Shown here: positions 37,850 through 50,018 of the stretch, piece by piece
Layout: every line of letters starts with the position of its first letter
How positions within the stretch are numbered: position 1 is the first letter of the stretch
From: Lama glama
Lineage: Eukaryota
DNA length: 64,000 nucleotides
Direction: 5' to 3'
Assembly (NCBI GenBank): GCA_028534125.1
Contig: CM052818.1
Location: 45,262,001-45,326,000 of the forward strand
The notes under the pieces: model-generated
Told to the model about the DNA's origin: nothing
Database searches by the model: none
Seen by the model: only the letters and a program-made list of their open reading frames with translations
Made by a program: the position numbers and the translations under genes

Positions 37850-38540
37850 CACTCTCTCCGTAGGTTCCCTGACGGAGCTCCCAAGGACCTGGTTCAGCTC
37901 ATCCAACACCGCCCTCCCTGGGTCGGGAGCCTTTCCGTGCGAACGACCCAGGCACCGGACCTAAGGGCTTCCTGACCCTCCCTGTTGAGAAGAGGGAGAG
38001 AGGTTTTTGGCCCTCCTCCATATTAAGGTGGCCCCCCGGCCTCTCTACCTCCCTAAGCCTCAACGGCTTTCCTTCCAACCGCTGCTCTTCCCTAGCTCAG
38101 CCACTTTCCCTTTTCCGGGACCGGCGCTTTTCCCGCGCCAGGAAGTGCGTCATCAACCTGCGCCCCACGCCTGCGCCCCACGCTGCCGCGGCGCCCATGG
38201 AAGCGCTTGGTTTGTGATCCTGGCGTGCGCTGCGGGGAGAGGGTCCTGGACTGAAGCAGGGGTCTCCGACCCTCGGCGCCACCGCCATGCAGGTCTCCAG
38301 CCTCAACGAGGTTAAGATTTACAGCCTCAGCTGCGGCAAGTCCCTTCCCGAGGTGAGTCCTTCTCCTCGCCGGGCAACCGCCCCTCTCCTCGGCCCTGTC
38401 CCGGGCTTGTTTCAACTGGGCCCGCGCCAGCCTCAGACTTGGGGAGGCCCACAGGCGAGTGACGGTGCCCGGCGGAGCTGGTCGGTGCTGGGAGACGAGG
38501 ACATTGCTGTCACCGCGGCAGAAGCTAGGCCGAGGGGGTG
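37850..38540 (+). promoter_or_regulatory. CpG-island promoter of NOL10
   Basis: CpG-rich. E2F-like TTTTCCCGCGCC at 38128-38139 abuts ETS/half-CRE GGAAGTGCGTCA at 38141-38152. Kozak gccATG at 38287. Confidence 0.88.
38287..38352 (+). CDS. NOL10: NOL10 exon 1 coding part (MQVSSLNEVKIYSLSCGKSLPE)
   Basis: Matches the recalled NOL10/Enp2 N-terminus; donor GAG|GTGAGT. Confidence 0.97.
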
Positions 38541-39399
38541 ACCAGGGTCTATGAGCTTTGCTTGAACTTTTTTTGGCTAAGTTTCTCTAGAAGAGAAGAG
38601 GTGTTCCTTTGGGTCTTTATGGATGTTCACAGCTACTGCCACACCGAGGAGGAAAACGTGGACAGATTGGATGGCAGATACTTCTCTCCCGTTTTAATGC
38701 CCCCTTATCAGCTGTTTATTGAATTCCTGTTATATGCCAAGTTCTGGAAATACAGCAGTGAAGAGAAATGCGTACTTTGAGTCTGCTGAATTTATGGTGT
38801 GAACTTAACTTGATTTCGTGGAATCTTAGGACGTCAGAATTGGAAGATGCTTGGAAAATCACTGATTCTCTTCCAATCTTTTCATGTTTAAAGTATGCAA
38901 AGGATCCAGCGAGGGGAAGGGTGACTTGTCCACTGTCAGACACGTAGGCTCTGAAGCTTGGATTTTATTTCTTATTAGCGATAGTCAGTCAGGCCACTCT
39001 CGAAGCACTGCCATTGAGAGGAAACTTTGCGGAAGCTCATTTACGTTTTGAGACTACCTGTGAGAGCGTTGATTTAAAACATGCCGCTTTCTTGCATGCT
39101 GGTGTGGGTCTGAGTTCTGCTCTTGGGAATCAGAATAAATGTAACTCTTCCTTGTGTCTGACTCTAAAAAGCTTTGGAGCCATGATTAAATTCTTCTCAG
39201 AATTCAATTTAAGCAACTCCTTGTTCTCCAGCTGTTTGTCACACAACAGGATCTTTCTCATTTTAGTACTTTCATGCTGCGCATTTGCTGAGAAGTGAAT
39301 GCGCGCAGGCAGCCCGGTTCTGTGTTGGATACATGATGAACATGTCAGATAAGGGTCCCTGTTGGGGAAAAGAATAATAAATAAGCAAGTAGAAGAACT

Positions 39400-39785
39400 T
39401 CGGATACCGATAAGTGCTTTGAGTGCCAAGTGTCTGTGAGAGCTGTTGTGGATGAAGTGTTCAGAGAAAGTGTTTGGACTGAAGCCTTCAGGGAAGGCCT
39501 CTCTACCAGAGGTGACATTTGAGCAGAAACTTGGATGATGACAAGGAGCCGGTCATGTGAAGATACAGGGAAAGGAAGAGTTTCAGTGCTGAGAGAACAG
39601 AAAGTGTAAATGGCCCACAGTGGGAATGCACTTGACACACTGGAGAGACAGAAGAGGCATGGTTGTAGCAATGATGTGCTCAGATGCCAGGAGCACCCAT
39701 CCCTCTCCATTGTGGCAACAAAATATGTATTTAAGAATTGCCAGGTGCCCTTTGGGGGCAAAATTGAGGTTGAGAATCCTTGCTT
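39400..39785. mobile_element. L2 remnant followed by a MER20-like DNA transposon end (~39670-39785)
   Basis: cagggaaggcctct..gaggtgacatttgagcagaaact; tgtggcaacaaaatatg..ttgccaggtgccctttgggggcaaaat..ttgagaatc. Confidence 0.65.
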
Positions 39786-40370
39786 TAAGGTAATCATAAT
39801 TGTTTAGTGCTTCATCATTGGCACCTGTTCAGGCAGTGGACTTCCTGTTAGCTAAAATGAGGTAGTTACAGAACAAAATCTGGTATCAGTGAATATGACT
39901 TTTAAAAGTTTCAATTTTTTATTATCAAGTGTCAGCTATTTGGTCAGTTATTTATCTAGTTCTATTTTTTGTAAAAAATGTATTTTTAAAGAAACTTTCT
40001 CCATTTATTGTTTTGCTTTTTAAAGTTTCAGTTAAATACAGTTGTTACATCTATTAATTATAACCCATAATATTTGAGGCTTACTGCTTTCCCTTAGATT
40101 GATCAGATGAACTAGTTTTCTCTCGTGCAAAACATAATAGTTCTAAAAATTTATTGTCTAGTGTATATAAATAGATACCAAAAAAAAAAATTTGTATACC
40201 AGGATACATTAACAATAGGATTAGGATTATATATAGAGTATTTTCATTTTCTATGCTGTATATTCCTGTAAGTTTTCAATTTTTTTAATATAAGCATGTA
40301 TTATTTTTGTAAGCAGAAAAACAGTGCGAGTAAATATGTTTGAAAATAAAGTCTCTTCATTTTCCTTAAG

Positions 40371-40416
40371 TGGCTTTCTGACAGGAAGAAGAGAGCCCTG
40401 CAGAAGAAAGATGTTG
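40371..40416 (+). CDS. NOL10: NOL10 exon 2 (46 nt; WLSDRKKRALQKKDV)
   Basis: AG/GT boundaries; in frame with exon 1. Confidence 0.96.
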
Positions 40417-40644
40417 GTGAGTATTATGTTTTTTCGTTTCAGCTACGTTTGTTATCTATATTATACTGCTTTTAACTCATTTATTGTTACCATATTTAGT
40501 GAAAGCTTACAAAGATGCAGTGGAATTAATACAGTAGAAAGTAAACTTTTTGCTCTTTTCCTTCTCAGGAAATGTTCTGTTGTGGTTGATACAGTCCTGT
40601 GGGTGTAGTGTTTAATTTTACCTACTTACATAAAGGTAAAAGTG

Positions 40645-41060
40645 GCCTGTTACTGTTTCATGGATAATAGCAGAAGACTTAAGACTCACGGGTCACAGAC
40701 AGGGACTCCATTACATGCACAGCAAATGGCACGAGTCCCAGCATTCTTCTCTTAGCTCCCCTCGCCCTGAGTTCCATGGCAGTACTTGGTGTGGCCCAGG
40801 TGGATGTTCTGCATGCAGTGGGTTTGTGTTGCAATTGAGGACCACTGAACTCGGGAAGTCACTGCTTTTAAAGCAAGCAGTAAGCAGGCCTGGTTTTTGT
40901 CTAGAGGAGGCTCACCTGTCAAGGTTCCCAGCTGCATAAATTACCCTGAGAAATGGTTAGGTTAGGGAGTAGCCAGGGCTTGCAGTCTTTCCATACCTAG
41001 CGAGATGTGCCAGAATGCAAGAGGTCCTAGAAGGACGATCTCTCCTAATGGTTCCATACT
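40645..41060 (-). mobile_element. Probable LTR remnant (ERVL-class, MER68/MER77-like)
   Basis: Pattern resemblance only (ctgagttccatgg..ggcccaggtggatg..gcagtgggtttgtgt..cttttaaagcaagcagtaagcag). Confidence 0.45.
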
Positions 41061-41967
41061 TGCTTTGTTTCCTAGTGTTTCAAAATCTTTGTCCATTTGT
41101 TAAATCTACTTGTCAGTTTTTGAGATATAGAGACAATGAACATTTTCTTTCTGAACAAAGTAATTTTACATAGAAGACATGTGAACATGAACAAAAGAAG
41201 ATCATTGTGGAAGATTTTGATTCTTCAAGTTATGGTAGCAAGGAAGATAGGTTAGTAAGATTAGTTTTTAACTTAAATCATTTTGGACAAATTTCATTCA
41301 ATTTTCTCTATTACAATTTGTCATATATGAAAGCTGACTTAGCTTCCCATATATTTTGTTCAAATTATTTTCTAAAAATCAAAGACCTTAGATATTAAAG
41401 AAGTGTCTGGATGTGAGATAAATACCCCAAACATCTTGGAAAAGTTGGCTTTATATAGTAGTAAAATTAGATAATTAAAACTTTAAGTTGAAGGAAAACA
41501 CTTGTTTTAGCAGTGCTTACTCATTTTGATTTCTACTGATTCTCTCATTCTACTTCAGTGTTTTAGTGTGAGAAAACAGATTCAGATTATTTGATGGAAA
41601 AATTAATCACTGACTGTTCTAACCCATCTCAAAATTGTCATGTCTTCCAAATTGAGTAGGCCATTCCTGCTCAATTGGTTTGAATCTTACGGATTGAATG
41701 AACAAGGCAATAATATGTCATAGAGTGATAAACAGCCCTTGCAATGGGCACATTGTTAGAATAGCAACCAGCAAGAACCTGCACTTCTTGTTGCAGGGAA
41801 CCAGTTTTTGTGAGAGTACGTTGTGGTGTTTTGATCCCAGACAGATTGTTCCAAGTCTTCTTCTAGCCTAGATCCTCTTGGCTGCAGATCAGTGCTGCCA
41901 AAATGAGGCAGAAGTCAGCTTGGTAGCAGTTGCTTATATAAACTTAAGATTTTAAAGGTTTAAACAT

Positions 41968-42072
41968 CTTTTTTTTTTTTAATTTTTAATGATGGTTCTG
42001 GGGGTTGAACCCACGACCTTGTGCATGTTAGGCATGTACTCTACCACTGAACTATATACCCTCTCCCCCCCC
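41968..42072 (-). mobile_element. tRNA-derived SINE (same family)
   Basis: Poly-T followed by ggggttgaacccacgaccttgtgcatgttaggcatgtactctaccactgaactata. Confidence 0.88.
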
Positions 42073-42471
42073 AAAACTTGTTATTATTTAGGAGAAAAAA
42101 GTGATAAAGATTTTTGTCTTAGACATAATTGGATAACAGTAGTGGTTTAATGTTTATTCTGGTCTCTCTTTATCCAGGGCTTAAAACTGGATGTTTGATG
42201 CACTTCTATAGGCATTTTTTTTTTTCAGTTAAAGATGATACTTTTTCCTTTTTGAAAAGTAAAAAGTAAAATAGTTTAGTGAAATAATGTATGAGCTAAG
42301 AGAAAACATCACTGTATAGTGAGCGGGGCTGTGTTGTGTGCTTTCCCAAGGCTTGGAAGCACTGGGACATTGTTGACCTGTTTGTAGTGACTGCTCTGAA
42401 TACTTCGTCTTCCTGTGATACAGAATAAGCACTTGATAGTTAAACCAGTTACTTATTTTCTTTCTTTGTAG

Positions 42472-42570
42472 ATGTCCGTAGAAGAATTGAACTTATTCAG
42501 GATTTTGAAATGCCTACTGTTTGTACCACTATTAAGGTGTCAAAAGATGGACAGTATATTTTAGCCACTG
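42472..42570 (+). CDS. NOL10: NOL10 exon 3 (99 nt; DVRRRIELIQDFEMPTVCTTIKVSKDGQYILAT)
   Basis: Polypyrimidine tract and AG, donor GTAAGC, phase consistent. Confidence 0.96.
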
Positions 42571-42659
42571 GTAAGCATCTTTTTGATTATGATTTACACA
42601 CATTTCATAGCAGGAAATGCTGTGGTGGGAAAGATCATTTTTTAAAAATTACCCTAATG

Positions 42660-43530
42660 TTTGATTATTAACATTTTTTAAACATGTGGAAATATTGAAA
42701 AAATTGTAGAGTGAAAGGACCATTTACTTACCTCCTAGATTCTTCGGTAGTTTTCTGTATTTGCTTTATCATGTATCTGTCTATCCATCTCTCTGCCATC
42801 CATCAATCCATTCTGGGTTTTTTGATGCATTTCAGAGTACATTGCAGATATTAGTATATTTCACCCTGAAATACCTCAGCATGAACATCATTAACCAGAG
42901 TTTAGTATTTGTTTATGGCTCTTTTTTTTAATAAGATAAATTTACATACAGTGGAATGCACTGATTTAAAGTATTTCCTTTGATGAGTTTGAACAAATGC
43001 ATCCACTCGTGTAGCCCAAACCCCTCCAGAATGCAAAACATTCCTTTCACCCAGAAATCTCCTTCATGCCCCTCACAGTCAGTCCCTGCTCACACCCATA
43101 CATAGCCAGCCACTGCTGCGATTTACTTTCTCACGACAGATAAGTGTAGCTGGTTTTAGAACTTTATGTAAATGCAGTCACACACTATGTATTCTTGTTG
43201 TATAAGACTTACTTCACTTAGGAGTTCGTGTTTGAGGTTCATTCATGTCCTTATATGTTTGTTCTTTTTTAAAAATTACCAAATAGCATTTCCTTACAGG
43301 AATATGCCACACTTTGTTTATTTAATTTTCATTTGATGAACATCTGGACTGTCTTCCTTTTCCAGCTGTTATTGGGAAGGCATTATGAACAATCTTGTAC
43401 AAGTGTGTTTTGAGGACATTGCTCTGTCATAGGGAAGGTGTATATTTAGTTTGATAACAAATTGCCAGATGTTTTTCCAAGGTGGTCAGATCATTTTATA
43501 CTCCCACCAACAATGAATGAGAATTCCAGG
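42660..43530 (-). mobile_element. Old L1M (MC/ME-like) fragments
   Basis: tttacatacagtggaatgcac..gatgagtttgaacaaatgcat..ttgccaga..actcccaccaacaatgaatgaga. Confidence 0.75.
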
Positions 43531-44985
43531 AAAGGTCACTTTTATCATAATGATTTTCTCTATTGTGTACTAATATTTTTTGTATCACTAATATTTTATG
43601 TTAACAGTATTCATCTGCATCAAAAAGCCATAAAATATAGGGAACTTTTAATGTATCATAATTTAGAGCAGCATTTACTCAACCTTTTTTGGTTGTGATT
43701 TTGGTACTTATATCCTGTGTATTGTCTACATACATTTTTTTGCTGGCTTATCATTATCCATCTATATCTGTTTTCTAAGCACTTTCTTATTTGACGGAAC
43801 TTTTATACATAAACGTGCCAGTCTCTTTTGTTCTGTGTCAATGGTTGTCTCATTACTCACACTAGCCACATTTCTTAGCCTCCAGTTTTATGTTCAGAAT
43901 ATAGATTATATATATAATATGTAATTATATATTATATCTACTGTATATAGAATATATGTGTATATGTATACTGTATACTATTTTTAAATGAGATCTTGGG
44001 CTTTGATCCACGGCAGTAAACATAGAACTTCTTCATTCCTTTCTTTTAAAGTATGCTTTCTAGCTTTAAAGATCAGTCCTTTCCTGATTGCAAACAAGAT
44101 AAACTTAAAAAAAAATACAAACATTATAGAAATATGTAAGATAAAATGTGAAAGGCCCTAAGATTGCACTTCACTGTGATAAAAGAAGTCACTGCTTATT
44201 CCTTCGCTTTTTCTGTGCAGCGTATGAGCGTTGCCACTGCTGAGTCTGACAGACGTGGGGGCACATTAGAAGCAGTACTTTGCAGAGCTCACCCGTGCTC
44301 GCTGCACTCAGTCTCCCTTTCACTTTGTAATACATTTTGGCAGCTTTCCGTATCAGTGGTTACAGGTCTGCATCATCCTCTTTATGAGCTATAGAATGAT
44401 TTACCATCATCCATTAAACCATTGCCCTATTAGTGGACATTTCATTAGCTTTCAGTTTTTGGCCATTTGTAAACAATGCTGCAGTGAACATTCTTCATGT
44501 CTTTGGTACACTTGTGGGGGTGTTTCTGTAGAATAAATTTGTATAAGTTGAAATACAAGTTTAAGGTGTATAAACATCACATATTTAAAGAGATTGCCAG
44601 ATTGTGTTCCAAAGAATTTTTAACAATTTATACTAATCACCAGTGTATGAGAGTAGAACATTTTTTGAACCTCTACCACAGTGCGGATATTAACCATCTT
44701 TTCATCTTTGCCATTTGATGGACAAAAGCTGTTTTATTGTTTTAATCTCCTTTGTTAGATTATTTGTGAAGATTATTAGTAATTTGTGTTTCATTTTCTA
44801 TTACTGGCTTAGAAAAAGCATAAGAAAAACCTCTGAGGAGGGCTTCTTTTAAATTCTTTTTGTTCCATATGCGTATAATGAATCCTGCTCACCTCTAAAC
44901 AAAAAGTATACTCAGCATATCTGCAGGGTGTTGATAGCGGGAAGTATGTTCTTTAGGTTTTACATCACATAACTTTTTTTTACAG

Positions 44986-45063
44986 GAACATATAAACCTC
45001 GGGTTCGATGTTATGACACCTATCAACTATCCTTGAAGTTTGAAAGGTGTTTAGATTCAGAAG
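44986..45063 (+). CDS. NOL10: NOL10 exon 4 (78 nt; GTYKPRVRCYDTYQLSLKFERCLDSE)
   Basis: tttacAG acceptor, GTAAGA donor, phase consistent. Confidence 0.96.
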
Positions 45064-45142
45064 GTAAGAGGTTAAATTCGAATTCATGAAAATAGTTTTT
45101 ATATTTGATTGCTTCTCTGCTTTTTAAAATGTGAATAGGTTG

Positions 45143-45712
45143 TGTATTAGTTTTCTTTGATGTGTAACAAATTACCGTAATGCTCAGATTAAAAAAATCC
45201 ATTGATTAACTCATAGCTCTGTATGTGAAGTCCACCCAGGCTCTGCTGCATTCTGTGCTCAGGGCTGAACTCGAGGTGTCAGCCAGTTGGAACTCTTCTA
45301 GGGCCCCTGGGCAGGTTCTTTTTTCAAATTCAGGTTGTTGGCAGAATGCAGAGTTTGTTGTGGTTGTCAGACTAGGGTCCAGTTTGCTGCTGACTGTCAG
45401 CCTGGGACCACCCAGCTTTAGAGGCTACCTGCCTTCCTCCTTACCTGGTGCCCTCCTCCTTCAAGCCAGCACAGCTTACGGGATCCTTCCTGTGCTCTGA
45501 ATCTCTCGGATTTTCCCTTCTCCCACCAGCCAGAGAAAACTGCTTTTAAAAGGCTCATGTGATTATAAATCTCTCCTTTGCTGTATAATGTGATGTAATC
45601 ACAGGAGTGGTGTCTCATCACATTCACCGGGTCCGCCCACACTCTCCAGAGGAGGGGACTGTACAAGAGGGGAAGGTCAGTGGGAGTCATTCTTAGAATT
45701 GTGCCTGGCACA
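45143..45712 (-). mobile_element. MaLR solo LTR (MLT1D/E-like)
   Basis: tgtattagttttct..tgtaacaaattacc ... cattcttagaattgtgcctggcaca. Confidence 0.8.
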
Positions 45713-46284
45713 GGGAGCAGGTTGAAAGGGGAAGGCTCAGGTACTTTCAGGTGGCCTCACGTCGTTTGAGACGGAGGGAAGAAGTTAATGGGATACGTGT
45801 CCTCCTAACTTGTTTCTCTCTTTCTAAAATCAGTACAGGCTCCATGTGCCGCTAATTGCAACTTTTTGCAGTCTTTACTTTTGTTTAGCATGTATGTTAT
45901 GAATTAGTAACTGTTTATCTTTTTTTTAAGCAATAATTTCTGTGTTTTTAATATCTGCTATTTTACTTTGAACATCTCGGAAGAACTGTAGCAGAATTTA
46001 GAAGTCATGTTTTTTAAATTTATCTGTTATTTGCTTCAGTTCTGCAGAAACTATAATTGATCTGTATTAAGAAATTATAAAACTTTCAATTTTCCTTTTG
46101 GTGTTTTGGGGACAATATCATAATGGCAATTTTTTCTTGTTTTATGTAGGGACAAAAAAGAAAGAAAAAGCCAGCATTTGTACATAGTATTTGTGTTGAA
46201 TTAGAATCTTTGCTTCAAGTCTGTATTTTTATTAAAAACATGAATTGATAATTGTATTTTTTCTTACTGTTTCTTATTTTACAG

Positions 46285-46322
46285 TTGTCACCTTTGAAAC
46301 TTTGTCCGATGACTATTCAAAG
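46285..46322 (+). CDS. NOL10: NOL10 exon 5 (38 nt; VVTFETLSDDYSK)
   Basis: ttttacAG acceptor, AAG|GTATGC donor, phase consistent. Confidence 0.95.
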
Positions 46323-47576
46323 GTATGCTTTATCACATTGGTTTGTACTGCCATATGCTCAAGAAATGAATGAGTGGAATTTATTTTTATGATGATCCCA
46401 TTGTTAAAAATGACTGTACAGTGAAATAAAACCTATCATTTATTTTATGAATATGTTTTTAGTTTGTCATATGTTTGTGATAATAGTGATAGGTACAGCC
46501 TTTGGCCAGTTTAATATCAAAATAAATTTTCCATAGCATGTATGAATGAAGCCTTAACTGTATTTTTAAGAATTGGTAGCAGTCATCTTTTTAGACCATC
46601 TTACATTCTAGATGTGTGATTTTCACGATTGCATTTAAACTAGGGTTATTTGCCAGGATGCTTTCATTTTCTTATTCATATGTGAAAAGAAAAATAAAGT
46701 GTTGTATGCTTAATTTTCTTAACCCTGCAAATAAGTGGTTGTGGCATATTGTGAAACAGTTCGAGACACAGCTAATATATATACATTTTCTTTTCTTTCT
46801 GTTTTGGTGCCTTTAGTGTATCTTTCAACTCCTGTGGTAATTTTCAACAGTTACAGGATTGTCAAGTGTCTTATCCAGTTTAAAATGAAAAATTTTTAGT
46901 GATGTCATACGTCATCTTGAAAGAGAACTGAATTTTCAGAGCTGACGTGCTTTATGTATCATCTTCAATTCTGGAAGCTATGGAGTACAGTTTATCCTTC
47001 TGCCTATTGTAGCCGTTTATCATCTGTTTTGGGACGTGTAATTTTATTATATATTTTCTCTAGATATTGATAACTTTGCTTTTAAATACCATCTGCAGAT
47101 TTTCAGATACCTTTGTAATACATTAAAATCAAATTTATACAAAGTGTTTATCAAACCTTGTGTAATAATTGTGAGATTATTAAAATGTGCTCTTAAGTAA
47201 ATAGAAAATTACTCGCTGAAGTTTCTGAGCAGTGCCCTGCATTATAAAGTGCTTGTGCCAGACAAATGAAGGGCATTTGTTCTAAGTCTTTTCGGTTAGA
47301 AGGTAAGACTTGCAAAAAAAAAAAACAAAAAAAAACTACCTAGAATGCAGGAAGGTATTAAGTAAATAATGGAGAGGTTTGATTCTTAAACACATCCCTT
47401 AATCATGACGGTGAGTTGTATGTATCCACATGTGTGTTTATACAGAGAAAGAAGGAGGGTGAGAGAACAGAATTCTTGCTTTGCCAATTGTAATGATGAT
47501 AATGATGATGATGATGATGAAATGAACACTTTACCTAGAATCCTAAGCAAACAAACTTTTCTTTTTTCATTTTCAG

Positions 47577-47713
47577 ATTGTGTTCTTACATAATGACAGA
47601 TACATTGAATTTCATTCACAATCAGGTTTCTACTATAAAACCAGAATACCAAAGTTCGGGAGAGATTTCTCTTACCATTATCCATCTTGTGACTTGTACT
47701 TTGTTGGCGCAAG
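47577..47713 (+). CDS. NOL10: NOL10 exon 6 (137 nt; IVFLHNDRYIEFHSQSGFYYKTRIPKFGRDFSYHYPSCDLYFVGA)
   Basis: Also visible in the ORF track at 47580; AG/GT boundaries. Confidence 0.97.
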
Positions 47714-48446
47714 GTATTGGTCTAATCACCCCTTGTTTTTTCCTTTCAACTTCCCCAAGCAACTTCTGTTCTTAAAATAGAGGAGAGGGATTAAGAGAAG
47801 AGTCAGACATTATTATCCCTGCCTTTTGGTTGCTCAAAGGATGTTGTTCCAAAGTGATTGGCTCATTTAGGAATTACATCATTGATTTATAATAGCGTGG
47901 TAGTATAAATCTGGAGAGACGTGGGTAACCTAATAGGGTAACGATGGTGTGAAGTCAGTATCTTAGCCTCATTGCATGCATTTTAAAACTTTTTATTCTT
48001 AAATGCTGCCTTCTTTATAAAAATACTACATACCCATTTTAGAAAATTGGGAAAAAGTAAAGTATAAAGAAGAAAAGAATTACCCATGATTATGCCACCC
48101 AGAGGAAACCCTTATTAATATTTTGTTATTTCCTTATAGTCTTTTCTTATATACACGTATAGATACATTTTGGATCCTGTATTTTCTGTGTTGTTTGTAA
48201 ATAATATTCTACTTAATTACTTCATAATATTTCCTTGACACGTGTGTGGTTTAAATCACTTTTATGCATGAATAGACTCATAAACAAGGAGATAATTGAA
48301 TTTTAGGTTTAGAATACATTCTTGTTACCAGTTTTACAAAGGGAAGTGATGCTTTATGACAGACACATATTTTGAAAAATTATATTTAGTTGAAGAAAAG
48401 TTCATTGTCATTTACTGGATTTTTAACTTTATTAATTGTTTTGCAG

Positions 48447-48512
48447 CTCTGAAGTTTATAGGTTAAACTTGGAGCAAGGACGGTACCTGAATCCTCTGCA
48501 AACTGATGCTGC
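48447..48512 (+). CDS. NOL10: NOL10 exon 7 (66 nt; SSEVYRLNLEQGRYLNPLQTDA)
   Basis: tttgcAG acceptor, GTAAGT donor. Confidence 0.96.
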
Positions 48513-48994
48513 GTAAGTATTTTGTTTTAAGAAAACTGCTGTGTTTATTTTGGCCAGGAGATGGAGCCAGATGCCCAAGCTATTGTCAGATAATGTGCAT
48601 TTCAGCAGAGCTCTGGGCAACTTAGGTAAAAGAGTAACACTGAATTTTTTCTTATACAAAAAATTCACTGAAAGACCTGGTGATGTCTTAAAATTTAAAA
48701 CAGAAGTTTTTTTTTAGTATCTGTGAAAAATTTTAAACTCACCCCCAAAATTTAACTTGTTATTATTTTTTTTGCAGTCTTTAAATTTTCATTCATAATT
48801 TAGTTTTATGATATTTTCTTTAGTGGAGAAATTTTGAATTAACTTAAAGTAACATCTTTTAATTTTTTATATTTTTGCTAGTGGACATTTAAGGTTTTTT
48901 CGGGTTTTCCTTTTATCATATGTAATAGTCTATACTTTAGTTTTATTCAGAGAAATCCTTCAGGAATGGCTCTGTCATAATATTATTGCTGAGT

Positions 48995-49210
48995 AATAGC
49001 AACAAGAGCAGTGGTTGTTGAAAGCACTTACTATGTGGCAGGCAGTATTCAGTATTTTATATATATATTAGCTCATTTTAATCTTAGAACAAGTTACAGT
49101 TGGTACTATTATTATCTCCATCTTACAGATAGGACAGCTGAGGCCCAGAGAGGGTGAGTAGCTTGTTCAAGGTCACACAGCTTATATAGAGTGGAAGCTG
49201 GGTTATTTCT
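48995..49210 (-). mobile_element. MIR
   Basis: agcacttactatgtggcaggca..attatctccatcttacagataggacagctgaggcccagagagggtgagtagcttgttcaaggtcacacagct. Confidence 0.8.
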
Positions 49211-49957
49211 CATCTGTGTATTTGAAGAGCTTGTTGGTTTTTCCTTGCTGCTTTGAAAGGGATTTTTAAAGATTGGAGGAATAGGTAGTGATAAAAATGA
49301 GGTAAAGTCTTGGTTTTTTATTGTTTGTTTGTTTTTTCACTTTGGCTTGAAATACTGTCATTTTCTTTAAAAAAAATGACAGTAACTTCATGATGCATCA
49401 TTGAATAATAAAAAGTTAGCTGCTCTTTAGCTGCAGAATTTCCTGTTTATAGTAACAGCTTTTATTTATTGTCTTGTAAACTTTAGATGCTGTGCTGAAC
49501 ATTTTGTCGTTTTTCCGTTTAATCCTCACAATGACCATATGAGATTGGTAAAATACCAGTCTGCAGAAAAAGAAAATGAGCTTAGGTCAGTGTACTCCCC
49601 TCAAGCTGGTCACGTCTCAGGACTGGTGTAGTGACAGCCTGTGCTCTCTTTGTCTTGGGAGAAAATATATTGAGAAGTTTATTCTCATGGTGGTGGAATA
49701 GTATTTCTGAAGAAAGTCCTTCCTTGTCTCATCCCCCGACAGATAGAGTGTTACCCTGCAGGCCTGAAGCTCCTGTGACTGTGTACCAGGCACTTAACCC
49801 TTTGATGCCTCGATGTTTTTCATAGGCTGATGAGTGAGAAGGAATCTGCATGTCTTTCTCCACAGAACTGGGTTGACTGTTTCTTTAGAAAGTTTACTGA
49901 GTACCCCTCCCCCTAAAGTAGGTGCTGATCCTCTCCCTCCTTGCTTTACTATTGTAG

Positions 49958-50018
49958 GGAGAATAATGTTTGTGACATAAATTCAGTGCATGGCTTATTT
50001 GCCACGGGAACAATAGAG
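49958..50018 (+). CDS. NOL10: NOL10 exon 8 (61 nt; ENNVCDINSVHGLFATGTIE)
   Basis: ttgtAG acceptor, GAG|GTAAGC donor, phase consistent. Confidence 0.96.

Noticed and set aside
44951..44985. Extra AG (ctttAG at 44955-44956) 29 nt upstream of the NOL10 exon 4 acceptor
   Set aside because: Weak pyrimidine tract and it would frameshift; no evidence of use.
46285..46322. Apparent Ile-to-Thr difference (FETLSDD versus recalled human FEILSDD) and other small substitutions
   Set aside because: Single substitutions judged against a remembered sequence; significance cannot be assessed without an alignment.
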